Shown piece by piece: positions 43,153 to 57,303 of a stretch of 64,000 bases of DNA. The first letter of the stretch is position 1; the number at the start of each line of letters is the position of its first letter. A program made the position numbers and the translations under genes. The notes below the pieces were generated by a model that was given only the letters and a program-made list of their open reading frames with translations, was not told the DNA's origin and made no database searches. The DNA comes from Auanema rhodensis (taxonomy: Eukaryota > Animalia > Nematoda): positions 14,446,001 to 14,510,000 of the forward strand of contig OZ059894.1 in the NCBI GenBank assembly GCA_964057225.1, written 5' to 3'.

Positions 43153-45720
43153 ATGAGTACTTTTTCAAAACAAGACGAACTTCCACATTTGATTGTACCA
43201 AATCTCGATGATACACTTAATAGATATTTGAAATCTGGTAAGTATCTATCTATCACCAGTTTCAAAAGAATGAGATAAATTTATAGCTCGGGCGTTAACA
43301 AATAATGATGAATATAATAGAACTGTTGCCCAAGTTGAAGATTTCAAAAAATCGAAACTGGCTTCACAACTTCAAGAAGCTCTTGTCGCCAAATCTAGAA
43401 GTTCTAAGAATTGGGTACACAATTACTGTTGTTTTATATTTTTATGAAATCTTCGTTTTTAGTTAGAAGATTGGTGGTACGATGTTTATTTAACTGTTCG
43501 TGAACCATTATCACCGTTTATGAATATTGTTGCTGTAAGATATTTCTTACAAATTTAAAATAATTAATATTTGGACATAGGGTAATACATATTATACTCC
43601 AGCACCTGGCTCACAGATAGGTAGAGCATCTGATGTTGCTTACCATTGGATGGCATTTTGGAATAAAATACGACTGTAAGTCAAATCATTTTGATAATTT
43701 CTCACTTTTTTCTTGAAAATTTTAGTGAAACTTTACCCATAACTCGTAGTCGTGGTGTTGTATGGGATATGCATCAGTACAGTTGTCTATTCAATTCTGT
43801 TCGAGTTCCTGAGTTAGCTAAAGATAAACTAGTTCGATACTTCAAAGGTTTTCTTAAAGTATTAAAGTTATACAATTATATGTTGATTATTCCAGTTCAT
43901 GATGCACCTTCTCATATAGTTGTCTTTTGCCGAGGAAACGCTTGGAAATTAGAGATGTTAAATTCTAAAAAAGAATTGATATCTCCTGATGAAATATATG
44001 GAGTTTGTGTTGTTTATGCCTTTCAAAATGATTTTTAATTTTTTTTAAGCAAATGGAATGGATTTATAATAATTCTAAATCTTTAAAACATAGTGTTATT
44101 ACACTAACAACTGAACATAGAGATAATTGGGCTAAGGTATTGTTCTTTTTTATTTTTTTTTTAGTTTTAAGTGTTAACAACTTATAGGCTCGAAGTTCTC
44201 TTTTGAAGTTAGGAAAAGCTAACAGTATATCTTTCCAAGTTATTGATTCTGCTGCATTTTGCATTTCTTTGGTAGAAAACTGTCCAGAGGATGAAGAAAT
44301 GGTTGGTTCAACTGGTGGTATGCCGTAATTCAAATTAGCTTTTTTAGTTATTAGAACAAGGTCTGATGGCTAATAGTCAATATAGTTGGCTGGATAAGAG
44401 TTTAAATTTGATTGTATTTGGAGATGGACAGATGGTAATGCAAGGTGATGTAAGTTTTTATTTTTTATTTTTCTGGGAAGATCAAGTAAACTTCTTCTAG
44501 CAAAGTAGTTTTTTATGCATTTTTTCAGCATAGTAACGTGGATGCAATTGTGATGTTACATTGTGGAGATGTTGCTGCTCCCAGAGTTAGGAAGGAACTT
44601 TGGAAACCTCAAGTTGGTTCTGTTGCTTTTCATAGAAACTTAAAGAAGTTTTAGATTGCCAGTTCTACTAAACCGGAACTATTAGAATTTGTATTGAGCT
44701 CCGAAATTGAAAGAGCTATTGATGAAGCGGATGCAAAGTTCAACAACTATGTATATCCAAAAACTGTTCTTTAAGCTATAAAATGTTTTTTTTATAGAAA
44801 GAAACCTATCGCTGTAAATATGTTCGATATACAAACTACGGAAATGCTTTTTTGAAAAAAAATAAACTCTACACAGATACAGTTGTTCAGTTAGCATTAC
44901 AGCTTGCTTTCTTAAAAACACATGGATCGTATGGTTTTAAGTATGTTTGTAAACTTCTAATATTTAATTTAGATTTGGTCCAATTTATGAAACAGCCTCT
45001 ACAAGAAAATTTTATCATGGAAGAACAGAGACTGTAAGGGGATGTACAATCGAAATGACCGAATTTGGAAAAGCTGTACTGAACAAGCAGGATGTATACA
45101 AAGCTAAAAAATCCAAACTTCCTTATTTTATTTTAGAATAATCTTTTGCCAAAGTTGTTCTTGAATGCTTACAATGCACATAATAAGCTAATGGAGGAAG
45201 CAACAACTGGACAAGGTTGAACTTATTCTCTAATTTATTTCAAGGAAGCTTATAATTATAGGAATCGATCGTCATTTGTTGGGTCTTAGATATACCTTAG
45301 AGCAATTTAACAAAGGATGCTCACCAAAGCAGTCACTACCAGCTTTCCTGACAGATTCTGTTTGGGCCAAAACAGGCGGTGATGGAAATTTCTTACTGTC
45401 AACAAGGTTCAATACTGAAATGATCTTATAATTGAAAATTTGTTTAGTTTCTGTGGTTATATGACTAATGAAGAAGATGGTGGATTTGGTTATGTCTGTG
45501 CTATGAGACAAGATGGCTACGGCATTTTCTATCGCATTGGGAATGATAGGTAATAGATTTTCTCACATTTATCTGATTTTAATTTCATTAAAATCTCAGA
45601 ATATGTATGGTGACAACTGACTGGAAGGGCACAAAAAGTAATCTTGATGCGTTTTCTCGTAATGTATCATGGGCATTTGATGAAATTAGATGTCTGCTTA
45701 ACGATAAAGCAAGTTTGTAA
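43153..45720 (+). CDS. CROT: Carnitine acyltransferase, CROT (octanoyltransferase)-like
   Basis: TFSKQDELPHLIVPNLDDTL, NWLEDWW, WLDKS, catalytic GDHSNVDA, YETASTRKFYHGRTETVR, GIDRHLLGL; C-terminus ...KASL (possible PTS1 variant). Confidence 0.88.
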
Positions 45721-47386
45721 TGATGAAAATTACTTTTTCTATTCCTTCTTTTAAAAATAATTGTGGTGTATATCTATACATGTATATATATTCCTTTTCT
45801 AAAATTTTATCATTAAACTATATTTGTATATCAACAAATATTAAATATGTATTTATAAAGTCGATACATACGTTTGCATAAAATAATCACCCCCCCCCCT
45901 CCTCACTCTCATCATAGCATGAGAAATTCCCAAAAGAGGAAACTTCATTTAGAAATTTTAAGAAGCAAGAAGCGGTTGAACGCAGACTGCATTTAAGTGC
46001 AATAGAACTTGAGCCCATTCCATTTCCCTCATCGATATCTCTCTCTACATTAACATGAAAATAAATTCAAACTTAGTCCAAACAGTAACAGGAAATTAAC
46101 TTTCAATGATCAGTCGAAAAATTCATGAAGATCTATGAGCTCAATAGTAACATATATGTTTTTTAAAAAAACAAAAAAAGAGAAGGAAGGGTGGGGGCTG
46201 TGGAGAAGGAAATATTAATCTTATCATATGTTTTAATTATAATTATTTATATTATAAACATATATATATATTCTATTGTTGATAGAATAATAATATTCAA
46301 TAACACTTGATTTACAAAATCATTCAGCTTCAACTAAAGCTATTATAAGTAAGAATATGTTATTTTGATCAATATTAATAATTAATACATCTATTATTAG
46401 AAGAAAAGAAAGTATAATGTATAAAACATTTATATTTTGATATTACCTTAATAAAAGGAAAAGAAAACGAAATCAATGGCAATCTCGTTACAGTTAATGC
46501 ATAGATTGTTTTTCATATTATGTATGTTTATATACAATTCACATGTTTTTTATTCTCCGATAAGTTTCGTTATGATTCTGAATAATTTAATTTATTCACA
46601 TAAAATTCATAACAAGTAGATTAATTCTTTCTTTTTAATGTTAGTATCACTTCCTTGTACACATAAAACAGGTGTTATTATTACTGATCCATAAGAATAT
46701 CCTAATATTCTTTTATTTTCTTCATATATATATATATATATATATACATAATTGTATTTGTTTTATTTTTTTCTAAAAAGAAAAGATATCACTCAAACTT
46801 ATTTTCTTTTCTGGAATGGCTAACTGCGAAAAACCTTTTGAGGAAATACATTTCTTTTTATTTTTGTTTAAAAAGGATATGTCGTGTGAAACTTGAAACA
46901 AATGTTGTCATATCCTGTATACAAATCTTTTTCTTTTCTATCATGATTCATGAATTATTTCTAATCAAATTAAAAGAATGTTTGTATTTTTAAGAAAAAT
47001 GCAATACAATTTATTTTTTGTCTGATAGGCTTCTCGAGAAAGCTCAAGGACATTCTTGAAAATAATAGAATTTGATAAGACTTTTACTTCCAGAAACATA
47101 ACATGTTTCAAATTAAGATAATGATTATACTAATAATGTTAAACTTGCAGGATGAAAATATTAATTTTTTCTAATAATATGAGTAAAAATGAAATTAAAA
47201 AGATGTTATTGAGTAGAAAACTTACATAAAGGTTAATTTTACCATAACACATAGAATTTAAAAATATCTTATTTTGAAAAGTATAGAGAAACAATCTTTA
47301 TTGGTACGAAAAGTTTAAAATATTCATAAACATATAGTTAAAGCAAATATCATTCTTACGCAAGAAAGTTATATAGAAATTAAATT

Positions 47387-47618
47387 TTATTTATATTCAT
47401 TCCAATCGTACAAAGTTGGGTTGAATGATGATAGAATTTGCTTTTTGACTGCTGGCTTCCAAGCAGGACGCATGAACCAAGGTCCGGCTAAAATAAAATA
47501 ATTTAATAATTATTAGATTTATACTTTATATGTAATTACCTCCTCGTTTCTGGAAAACTGCTTGTGTCAATGGTACAGCAAGGACAACGAGGAAAGATAT
47601 CAAAAGAAGAAGACGCAT
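47387..47618 (-). CDS. 56-aa secreted neuropeptide-like precursor, 2 exons
   Basis: MRLLLLISFLVVLAVPLTQA-VFQ-KR-GAGPWFMRPAWKPAV-KK-QILSSFNPTLYDWNEYK*; canonical ~50-nt intron. Confidence 0.8.
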
Positions 47619-49273
47619 TATGAAGTAATCTATAAACTAATTATTATTATAACTTCCATATAATTGAAAATAATAAATAAAAAGTCTAATAATTAAGAAA
47701 AAAAACATATTTGAAATAGAAATATTCAAATTAAATATATGAATTTGAGGTTAAAACGAAGCTTAATACATGGAAGAAGAGTTAGAATTTGAGAAAGAAA
47801 GTTTTTTTTCTATTTTCTGAAGATGAGTAAATCAGCCGGCGTATATTCTTCTGAAGTATGTTGAGGAATAGAAGACAACGATGATATGAGAGAGAAAGAG
47901 GAAATACAAAATGGATCAAATGAATAAAGATGTTTCTAGCAGTTTTTGGAGTTCTTAATAGTTTTGAATAGAATTGAATAGAATGTATTAAAATGTAAAC
48001 GTCATGGAAATTTAATGACGACAAATGTTTCAATAGGGGACGTAAGCTTTGTTCATCTTTTTTGGATTAATGGTTTGCTCATTTGATTATTCAGAATATG
48101 GATGAGATGAAAAGATAGTTAGATGTTGAAACGAAACTAAACATATCTTTCAATTTCTGAAGATGAATTTGAAAAAAAATTTTTTTTTTTGAAAATTTTT
48201 AATGACAAATAGTTCGTTGTGTAGTACATTTCATATTCATTTTTGTAATGAATTCACAGGAGAGAGAGAGAGAGAGAGAAATCTAGAAGAAGAAATTCAA
48301 ATATTATTCTGATTTTGATGAGAAATTATTTAACAAGCAATAACTGTTTTTCTTGCAAACAAAAAAAAGATCTCGGACAAAGCTTTAAAACCTAATGAAC
48401 ATCTACTACATGAGATGCGGAAAGGGTGGAGCTATAGTTAATGAGGAGGAGGAATAGAAGAAATGGCAAAATGCATTTTTCCAAAACAATCAAGTAAATC
48501 AGAAGAACTGCTTCAGAATCAACGCGCATTTTGAACTTTGTCAGAAAATGTCAAAGAATCAACTATGAACCGTGATGATCTTTTATGATCCAAGCCATAT
48601 ACATATGTGCATCATTTCAACAACATCTAGTTGTCTTAATTCTATTATTATTTCTTTGTCGTATCTCATTTGAAATTCAAAATCAAACAACACATATTAA
48701 AGAATATAGAATATATATATCTTATATGTATGTATCTAATATAATATATTAGCTATTATATGGATATTTTGCAATATTCTACAAAAAAAAAAGATAAAAG
48801 ACTAATAGGAATATTAAATTAAAAATGAAGATAGAGAATAATCAAATAAAAGAATTATGTATAGCAATTGAAATAAAAACTAATTGAAAGATGAAAAGTT
48901 TACATTTTCTTTTCCTCAAGCAGCAATTTTCGAGCTCAAGAATTGGCTCCAAATGCTAAGAAACCGAACAACTTGAGCTCAACAAGTTGCCAAAAAATGG
49001 CTTCACAAGTTGATTATTACTATTATTTTCAGACGACTCTTTTATTTTTTTTCTTTTGGAATACATTATATTAATCCATATATCACATATTATATATAAA
49101 ATAACCTACAAAAACCAATTAAGTTTCTGCCATCTCAATGACACGGATAGGAAATAATAATAGTTTCATTAACTATATCGTAATTGATGATTTTATTCAA
49201 ATAAATAAAGTTTTTTCCTTCTAAATAAAGATGAAAAACTTCAAAAAATAATCATTTATTAACACGAATGAGC

Positions 49274-51396
49274 CTAGTTGTATGTAGATTTGATAATAGA
49301 TTGAACCATATGAACAGCAGCTTCGGGTGTGTCGTATGCTACCTGAGAAAAGTAGAAGTCAATGTTAGCAGATAATTCTGAGAAATAACAGAATACTAAA
49401 CTTACCATATGACCAGCTCTGAGAATATACCAATATTGGAAGTTCTTATGCCTCTTGTAGAAGCCGGATAACTTCTCATTCGAAGTTCCAAAGTTATATC
49501 TGTGTGTTGAATTGAATGAACTCATTCCTTCCCATGTTAAGCGTTGAATCCAGAGATTGGTTCCTAGAAAATAGAAAACAATATTATATGTAGATATAGT
49601 CATATAGAAGTGTCATTACTGGTATATAAATGAGCAAACAAACCTAAAGTATCACAGATAAGATCCTCATTTCCATTGTAAACGATGACGTTAACTCCTT
49701 GTTTCAGGAGAGTATCAACGGTGGAATAGACGGGTTTCATGAAGTCACCAGATTGACTATTGAAAACAGCGCCAGCTTGAGCTGTAAGATTTCATGTAGG
49801 ACATGAAACAGATTGTTATGATTTACCTCCAAACTTAACAGTTGGAGGAATAACTCCAAGCTTTTGTCTGACAACAGTATCCATATAGTCTGATAAAGTA
49901 TCGAGTTGAAGTGGCTTAACAAAGGCACGGAAAAGATTTTCTAAATATGTTTTTCTTGTTTTGACTTATTTGATTTCTAACCAATTCCATAGTTTCTGGC
50001 TCCTCTTTTTCTTCTCTTAGACCAATCATCCTGGTTGCTTCTCTTCAGGATATTGTACCATGAAACGTCACCAGTTTCCTTTAAAATAAAAAAAAAACAA
50101 TTAAAAACAAGAAAATAACTAGAAATACATACAACCATTATCAAATCTTCCAATGTGCTCCAGCAGTTGGTTGCTTCTTTCCATTTGCCAGCGTCAACAT
50201 CCTTTTGACATTTAGCAGCCTGAGCTTGAACTTGAGACAAACTATGTTCATCCAAATAAGACTGAATAACATAATAAAATAAATAAAACGTGAAATGATA
50301 GACTAGATACATTGGCATAAAGGTATGGTCCCCATGAGTTTACATAATCCATGGGAGAAATCCATGAATCTCCTAAAGCTACACCAGCAAAATTCATTTT
50401 AAGCTTGTTGGTAGCAATTTCCTAGAAAATTCTCAGTTTTGTCTGAAAACTGCGTTGATGACGACATACACTAGTGATCACACGTGCAAATTCAGCACTC
50501 ATTTTCCCTCCATAACTTTCGCAGAAAATATAAAATGGACGAGTCTTATATACTGGATGAAGGCTAAGGAAACGCTTAAGCCAGACAAGCAAATCCTATA
50601 AAAAGGTTTTAAAGTTTCTAATCAGAATTAACAACTTTTTCTTCAAAAAAAAAGAAAAACTTACCGCTCCAATTTGAGCTACATTTGTGGTAAGAGCTGA
50701 TTCAGAATCAACATAAGAGAATCCAGCTCCAACTGGATTATCAACATAAACCAGATCAGCTACTTGAAGCTATAATAAATCGATAATTTGGTAATTTATA
50801 TATATAATTTATAAGAAATACCCAAGTAGCTTTGTTATCTGAACCATTAATCTGTTTGGGGCCAGTTTCTTCAAAGTTTCCGAATCCAGCAGATGAAGCA
50901 CCAGGACCTCCCTGAATAACTTGTCTCAAAAGAATGTTGTTGTTAAACATGTGCAACCTGAAGCCAGAGAATGAGTGGCCGTTGATTAGCTGGCTGGACG
51001 GCATAGAGCCACCAGAAAGTATGAGCTCCAGTTCGGACATCAACATATCCCCAATCTTCAGTATACTAAAATTATAAATAAATAAATATATTATATAAAA
51101 ATCAATAATATATTTTCATTTATAACCAAAATATTTTAGAAAATTAAAAAGAATAATGTCAAAACCCATAAATATCATAAAAGTATAGTAATTTTAAATT
51201 TTGTTGTTTTCGTATCTTGATATGGTGACTGCATATACGAATAAATTTCCAATATATATATATCTATATTAATAAAAAAAGTTTAAATTTATAAAATACT
51301 AACTTTAATAGTACCAGAATACGTATTAACAGTGCTCAAATCTCCAATAGCAGCTGCAACAAGAGCTGCTAGAAGTAATGATGTTTTGATCATCAT
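49274..51396 (-). CDS. SCPEP1: Serine carboxypeptidase S10, retinoid-inducible (RISC)-like
   Basis: Signal peptide; WGYVDVRTGAHTFWWLY; WLQGGPGASSAGFGNFEETGP; VDNPVGAGFSYV; FCESYGGK; YNGNEDLIC; ILRAGHMV. Confidence 0.93.
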
Positions 51397-52331
51397 TACC
51401 TTAAATAAAAATATTATAATATGTATAGTTATTATATTATTATACTATATATATATAGTATAATATAATAATAATAATATAATAAAATATAATAATATAG
51501 AAATCAATGTATAGAAAGGTTAAATGAAATGTAATAAAAACTGTTCTGTATGTTACATATAGTTAAATAACTTATATATTTATAAGAAAAAAACTTAAAT
51601 ATATAAAAATAAAATCTATCACTGACACTATCTTTTCACTTTTAAATAAAAAAAAAAGAATTTTTTTCGGAAAAAAGGATAGACAAAGAAAACTAATCAA
51701 TAAATGGGATCAAGGAACAGATAGAGGTTTCTCAGAAAAAATAAATGTTTTTGTTTAAAAGTTTAGGAATATCTAAGTAATGTATAAGAAAATTTTTTAA
51801 ATAAAATATTTTGAAAAATTTTTTTTGTTGGAAAAGTTCAAATTTAATATTTTAAAATTAATTTATAAAGGTTCATACACTTGTAATTTAAATCGGATTA
51901 AATGTATCTCATATACGTGGCTGATAACATAATAATCTGTCTTATCATATTAAGTTTATTAATAATTTTAAATCTTTTTTGCATGATTTTCATATTTTAT
52001 ACTTAATCCTATATATGAATATAGCCATTTATTATATTCTTTTAGTATTATGTATTTGAAATAGAGTGTATATATGTGTGTTTAAATGTATCTTCTTAGT
52101 ACAATGTATTGTAATAGATAACTTGAAAGACAACTGATGATTGCATGAGAGGATTACATCATTCATTTAGATTCCATACTTCAAATTCAAATAAGAATTA
52201 TGGAAATGATCAAGAAAAGAACAATTAAAAGCATTTTTATTTGTTTTTTTTGTTATTATTGTTATTATTGTTGGTTATAGCAATACATACATATAATATA
52301 TTCAATATAATTATACATATTGAATATTGAA

Positions 52332-55300
52332 TTACTCACCAATCACATTAATTTCAAAATCTGAAAGATAAATATAAATAAAAATTTCTATTTTTAAGTC
52401 AAATACCAAAGTTTTCTTCTTCCTTTGTTGGAGGTAAAACTATTTGTTTCCATAACGGGGAAGAATCAGTCGGAGTTGAAACAACGGGTGGTGATGGTGT
52501 TGTAGTTGTTGTTTTGATTTGAGTTGGTCTTGGGGGGGTGGTAGACTAAAACGGAAAATATGAAATGAATATCTATCGTAGTAAACATACTTTGACTAAT
52601 ATACGGAAGAATTGGCCTGGAACTTCTTCTTCGTAATCATCATCATTCTTTGATCCATCAATTTCAATAATTTCTTCCATAGTAAGTGATGGTTTAGTGG
52701 TTATATGGTCTACCAGAGGTCTAAAATATTGAAAAATTGAAGAAATAGAATCAACATCATCATCTAAATCTAACCTGTAGTGTTCAATAGGTCTTTGGGT
52801 TGTTGAATAAGGTGATGGATAACGATTATCTCTTGGAATAGCTGTAGTGTATCTTGGGTATGATGGATACGTTGGAGGTGGTATATATGGACGAAGAGTA
52901 GGAGTTGGAAGAGTTTTTGGAACTGAAACTACAGGTCTTGGAGTAGTTGATGTTGTGGATGGTGGCGTCGTCGTTGTAGTTGTAGTAGTAGAAGTTGATG
53001 TACTGGTGCTAAATGTGGTTGTTGGTACTATTCTCGGAACAAATGGCGTGGTTATGATATAAGGAATTGGTGCAAAAGTTGGACGAGGTGTTGAAGGACG
53101 AGCATAAGATTGAGAAGGTTGTTGATTATGATGAGGTTGACGGTAACGTGATGCTTCTTCTGGAGTTATAGCCGGAGTCCACTGATGTCGCGACTGTTGA
53201 GGTACAGGTCGTACAGGCTGTTGTGGCTGTGAAACTTGTGGAAGACGTGGTCGAGAAGTATGAATTGAAGAGCGCCGATCAACTTGATTATAAGAGTCAA
53301 GAACCTGACGATGATATTGAACTGGTAAACCAATTAAAGGATTGTTCTTTAATCCTGTCCATGATAACTTTTCATAATGGTATCCACGACCTTCAGGATT
53401 AACATCATATCGTATAAAGAAATATTTCTGAAAATGAATTTAATGATTAATTACAGAATCATATAGTATTACTAACCTCTTTAGGACCCATTTGTTGTGT
53501 TTGATGAACAGGTTGATAATAATATTGTTGTTGTTGTTGTGTTTGAGTATTTTGATTATAACCATTATTATTATTATTATTTTGATTATAATGATTATTA
53601 GGATTAGTTTTCTGAAGAAGAAAGTAGAAAATGCAATTTTCATGATAGATACTGTATAAGATGTGAGATTTACCTGCTGATTAACATCAGGATTAGATGT
53701 TGGATAAATTTTTCTTGGAGGAATTTTTTGTTTTTTCTTCATTTTTTCTTTTTTTCTCATTAAAGGATCTGATTGAATTCTTTGATTTTGATAATTATTA
53801 TAATCAGTTGGATTAATTCTTGGCATTGAAACCTATAATATCAAAAACAAAATCCAAAATCCTATGATGAGATGTTGAACTTGCATATTGTGTTTGTTGA
53901 TTTGAACTTGGATGTAATATCACAAGAACACTTCTATTCGTTGTTGTGCGACCATTATCAGATACAGTAACCTGAGGCTTTGAGCTGAATCTGAATAATG
54001 ACTCATGATTTATTCAATTCTATCTATTATAACTATATTACTGATAAATTTGATTTCCATTCTCATCAGTAATATTTTGCCAATCTCCTGGCTGAAAAAC
54101 AATTTCTTCGGGACTATTTCTCATTTCAGCATATGTAATAGCTTCGTTATTTGAATGGTACCCAGCATACGGTACTGCTGGATGAACTTCCACATTTTGA
54201 ACTGCTTCCCGTTGATTAGCAACTGTTGAATCCTAGACAAAGAGATTTGTTTCTATCAATCTATTCTCAGAGTTTTTTATTTTTTTAAAAAAAGTTTCGT
54301 GGGTGTTATAGGCAAACGCATGTTAAACAAATTTTTCTCAAAATGATCTATGACATACCGAGCTGGTGATGCCTTCAGACTGATACTGAGCTTGATGATG
54401 TTGCTGAGCTGATCCAACTACTAACTGTTGTTGATTTGAATATTGCGAAGCAGACTGCTGGTTCTGTGGTTGTTGATGGTACTGTTGTTGGTGCTGTATG
54501 ACAGGCTGTCGACCAGAACTTCTCATATCATCCACAGAAGATTGTGTCAATCCAAATTGTTGTAGTACTTCCGGCGATAATGACGGTCCCTAATACAACT
54601 TCAATATCTATATTGTATTTAACATTAAAATTTCAAAAAAATGATACATTTTGACGTCCCCAATATTCCCAATCAATTCCTGGACCAATTCCTGGTTCAG
54701 CTAAACTACCACATATTTCCATACAATGATTATAAGAGTAATAACGATTCTCATTTCCACCACATCCAGACCACCAACTAAGAAAAGAGATCAAATAAGT
54801 TTTTACTTTTTAATTATATTATTATAATATTTTCTAATTATATATAATCGATAATATTAGGGCTGAAAACTTATGATATGAGATTTAACTAAGAAAATAC
54901 AGTAAAAGCAAGTGTTCCCTTTCCCCAATTCCCTTTTTCTATTTTGAATTTTAAAAAAATGAATTTAAGAATCTTACCTACAAACACATTGTTTCTTGTT
55001 AATATCAAAATGCCATCGTTCAATATCACTTTGGCAATGTCCTGGATCATGTGGTAATCGACATCTATCAGTACGCTCTGGCTCACGGAAGAAACACGAT
55101 GAAGAACATTCTGAATACATAACGTCTTCAGAAAAGACCGTTAAGATTCAGAATATACCTTCAAGACTATTAAAGTTATTGCTGTTTCCTCCACATCCAC
55201 TGTAATAAAACTCACGACATCGATGATCATACCGGTCATAATACCTTAAAAATTATAAAATTATATATAAATATATAAATATAAATTATTTACCATTTAA

Positions 55301-55412
55301 CAGTAAAATTATTACATTCACCTGGATCTAGCCATTCATTACATCTGGGATTAGCTAATGCTTCTTGTGCTGAAGACGGTTTTAAAAATATTAACAGTAA
55401 CCATAAAATCAT
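52332..55412 (-). CDS. Secreted protein with two N-terminal Kunitz/BPTI domains and a long Q/P/T-rich tail
   Basis: Signal peptide; CNEWLDPGEC...FYYSGCGGNSNNF...EC and CRLPHDPGHC...WWSGCGGNENRY...HCMEIC; mucin-like Thr/Pro C-terminus; 3' end approximate. Confidence 0.85.
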
Positions 55413-57303
55413 CTGAAAAATAAGAAAAAATAATTAAAAGCAGTTGAAAGAAAGATATAATAAATTAAAAATTTATATTATTGAAAGGATAAAAAATTAA
55501 AAATGATTGTGTTTAAGACATTGAATAATTTGTGAAAATTTAGAAATTCTCAAAGCTTTTAAAGTCAGATAGCTTATGAATGTGAATAGATCCATCAAAA
55601 TTTGCAACAGAGCAGCTGGCTGGAAGTTAAAAAAACGAACGGATAAGCCTAGAATGGTTGATAACAAAATTTTGAAATTTTTGAGGATAATGGATTAAGA
55701 CAGTGATGAAGACATATGAACGATTCCTTCTACAAGAAAAAAAACTCTCTGTTGGCCAAAAAAAAAGTTTTTTTGAAGATCTAACGAAGCACATCAAGCA
55801 GATAATCGTCGAATAAGTTGACACAAACATATTGCAAAGAGTTGTTGAAAAATATTCAGAAATAACAAAAGTTGGTGTGATGTTCTCAGAAATGTTCTGG
55901 CATCTTCGATCAGACTCGTCAAGAAAAGGTTTTTTCTAGTTTCATTTGACGTTTGGAAACAAAAATTCTGAGAATGGAGCATCAAAAGCGAACCGACAGC
56001 ATAACGATCAGCGATCGGTTTAGGATTTAATTTGAAATTTCAAAATTGCAAGAACAGATCTGAGTCAGTTTGATAGCAAAATGTGAGAAGTGTAAATAGA
56101 ATTTCACATAAATCGGAGAAGAGAGAAAAAAAGTTGTAACTGAGCTTGTGCAGTTGTTAAAACTCTAAAGAAAAGGGTACGACATTCTGTAAATGAGGCA
56201 GCTACGCCTGAGGCCAAAAAGAAATTTGGAAAATGGGTATCTAAGTTTCTCAAAAAGTGTAACAGTTGGCTAGTTGGAGTCGACTTTAATACGAATAAAA
56301 GTTCAGTTATTTCGAGAACTTCAACCACACTTGTAAATCAAAACACTGTAGATTCACATAGTATATATACTATTTACAAATAAAATCATAGATGTAATAT
56401 AGAAAAAGATAAATAGTTATGATTTGATAAATAGATTCGAAAAAATTCAAATAGCTAAGTCTTTTTTCGCTTTTAGCTTTTTTCATAAAAAAAATTAATT
56501 TAATTTGATAATTTTAATATAAAATACAGTACTTTGGAATAAGTTCAAGTTAAAAACAAGGGAAAGAATAAAAGAATACGAAAAAGAAAAAAGAAAAGAA
56601 ATATGTGAAAAGAAGGTAAAAATAGAGAAAAGGGGAAATGAAGAAACAGCTGAATTGACCTCTGTCCAATTGCTTGAGGGTAATGTTACAGCTGTCTCAC
56701 CCACCAAATACTTAGTGAAGCCATGAACATATGCTTGTTCTCCAAAAATTAAATATTTTCCTTATTTATATGAAATAAGGGGCTTTGGATTGTTTCTTCC
56801 CTTTCAATGTAATTTCAGAATTTAAGAACATCATGTTAATATTATAGAATATACATGATATCAATCAATAAATATTTTATATTTGAACTGTAATACCAAT
56901 AGAAGTAACACATGAAAACCTCTATATCTCAGCTTATCTATTGTATCTCTGAAGATGAAGAAAAATCTTTTTCTAATTTAAAAGTCCGTAAGAGGTGTTT
57001 CAAAGATTAATTTTGAATTCGGAAAAAACTAATTTTATGAAACTTTTGATGTAAAAATCAATGTCACAATAGGAAAAATAACAATCGAACCAGATAGTAT
57101 AGAGAAGCTTATTCTATGTGATAAAGTGTCTAAGATTTGATCTTAGTTCTAAAGATCTGGATGATAATGTCTTCATAATATTTAAATTAAATTATTTTTC
57201 AATTTAAACCTTTTTATTATAATTTATTTGTTTATAACAACACAAAATTCATAGTACAGTTTGTTTAAACAAAATAAGTTTTTAATAATAAAATAAATTA
57301 AAA

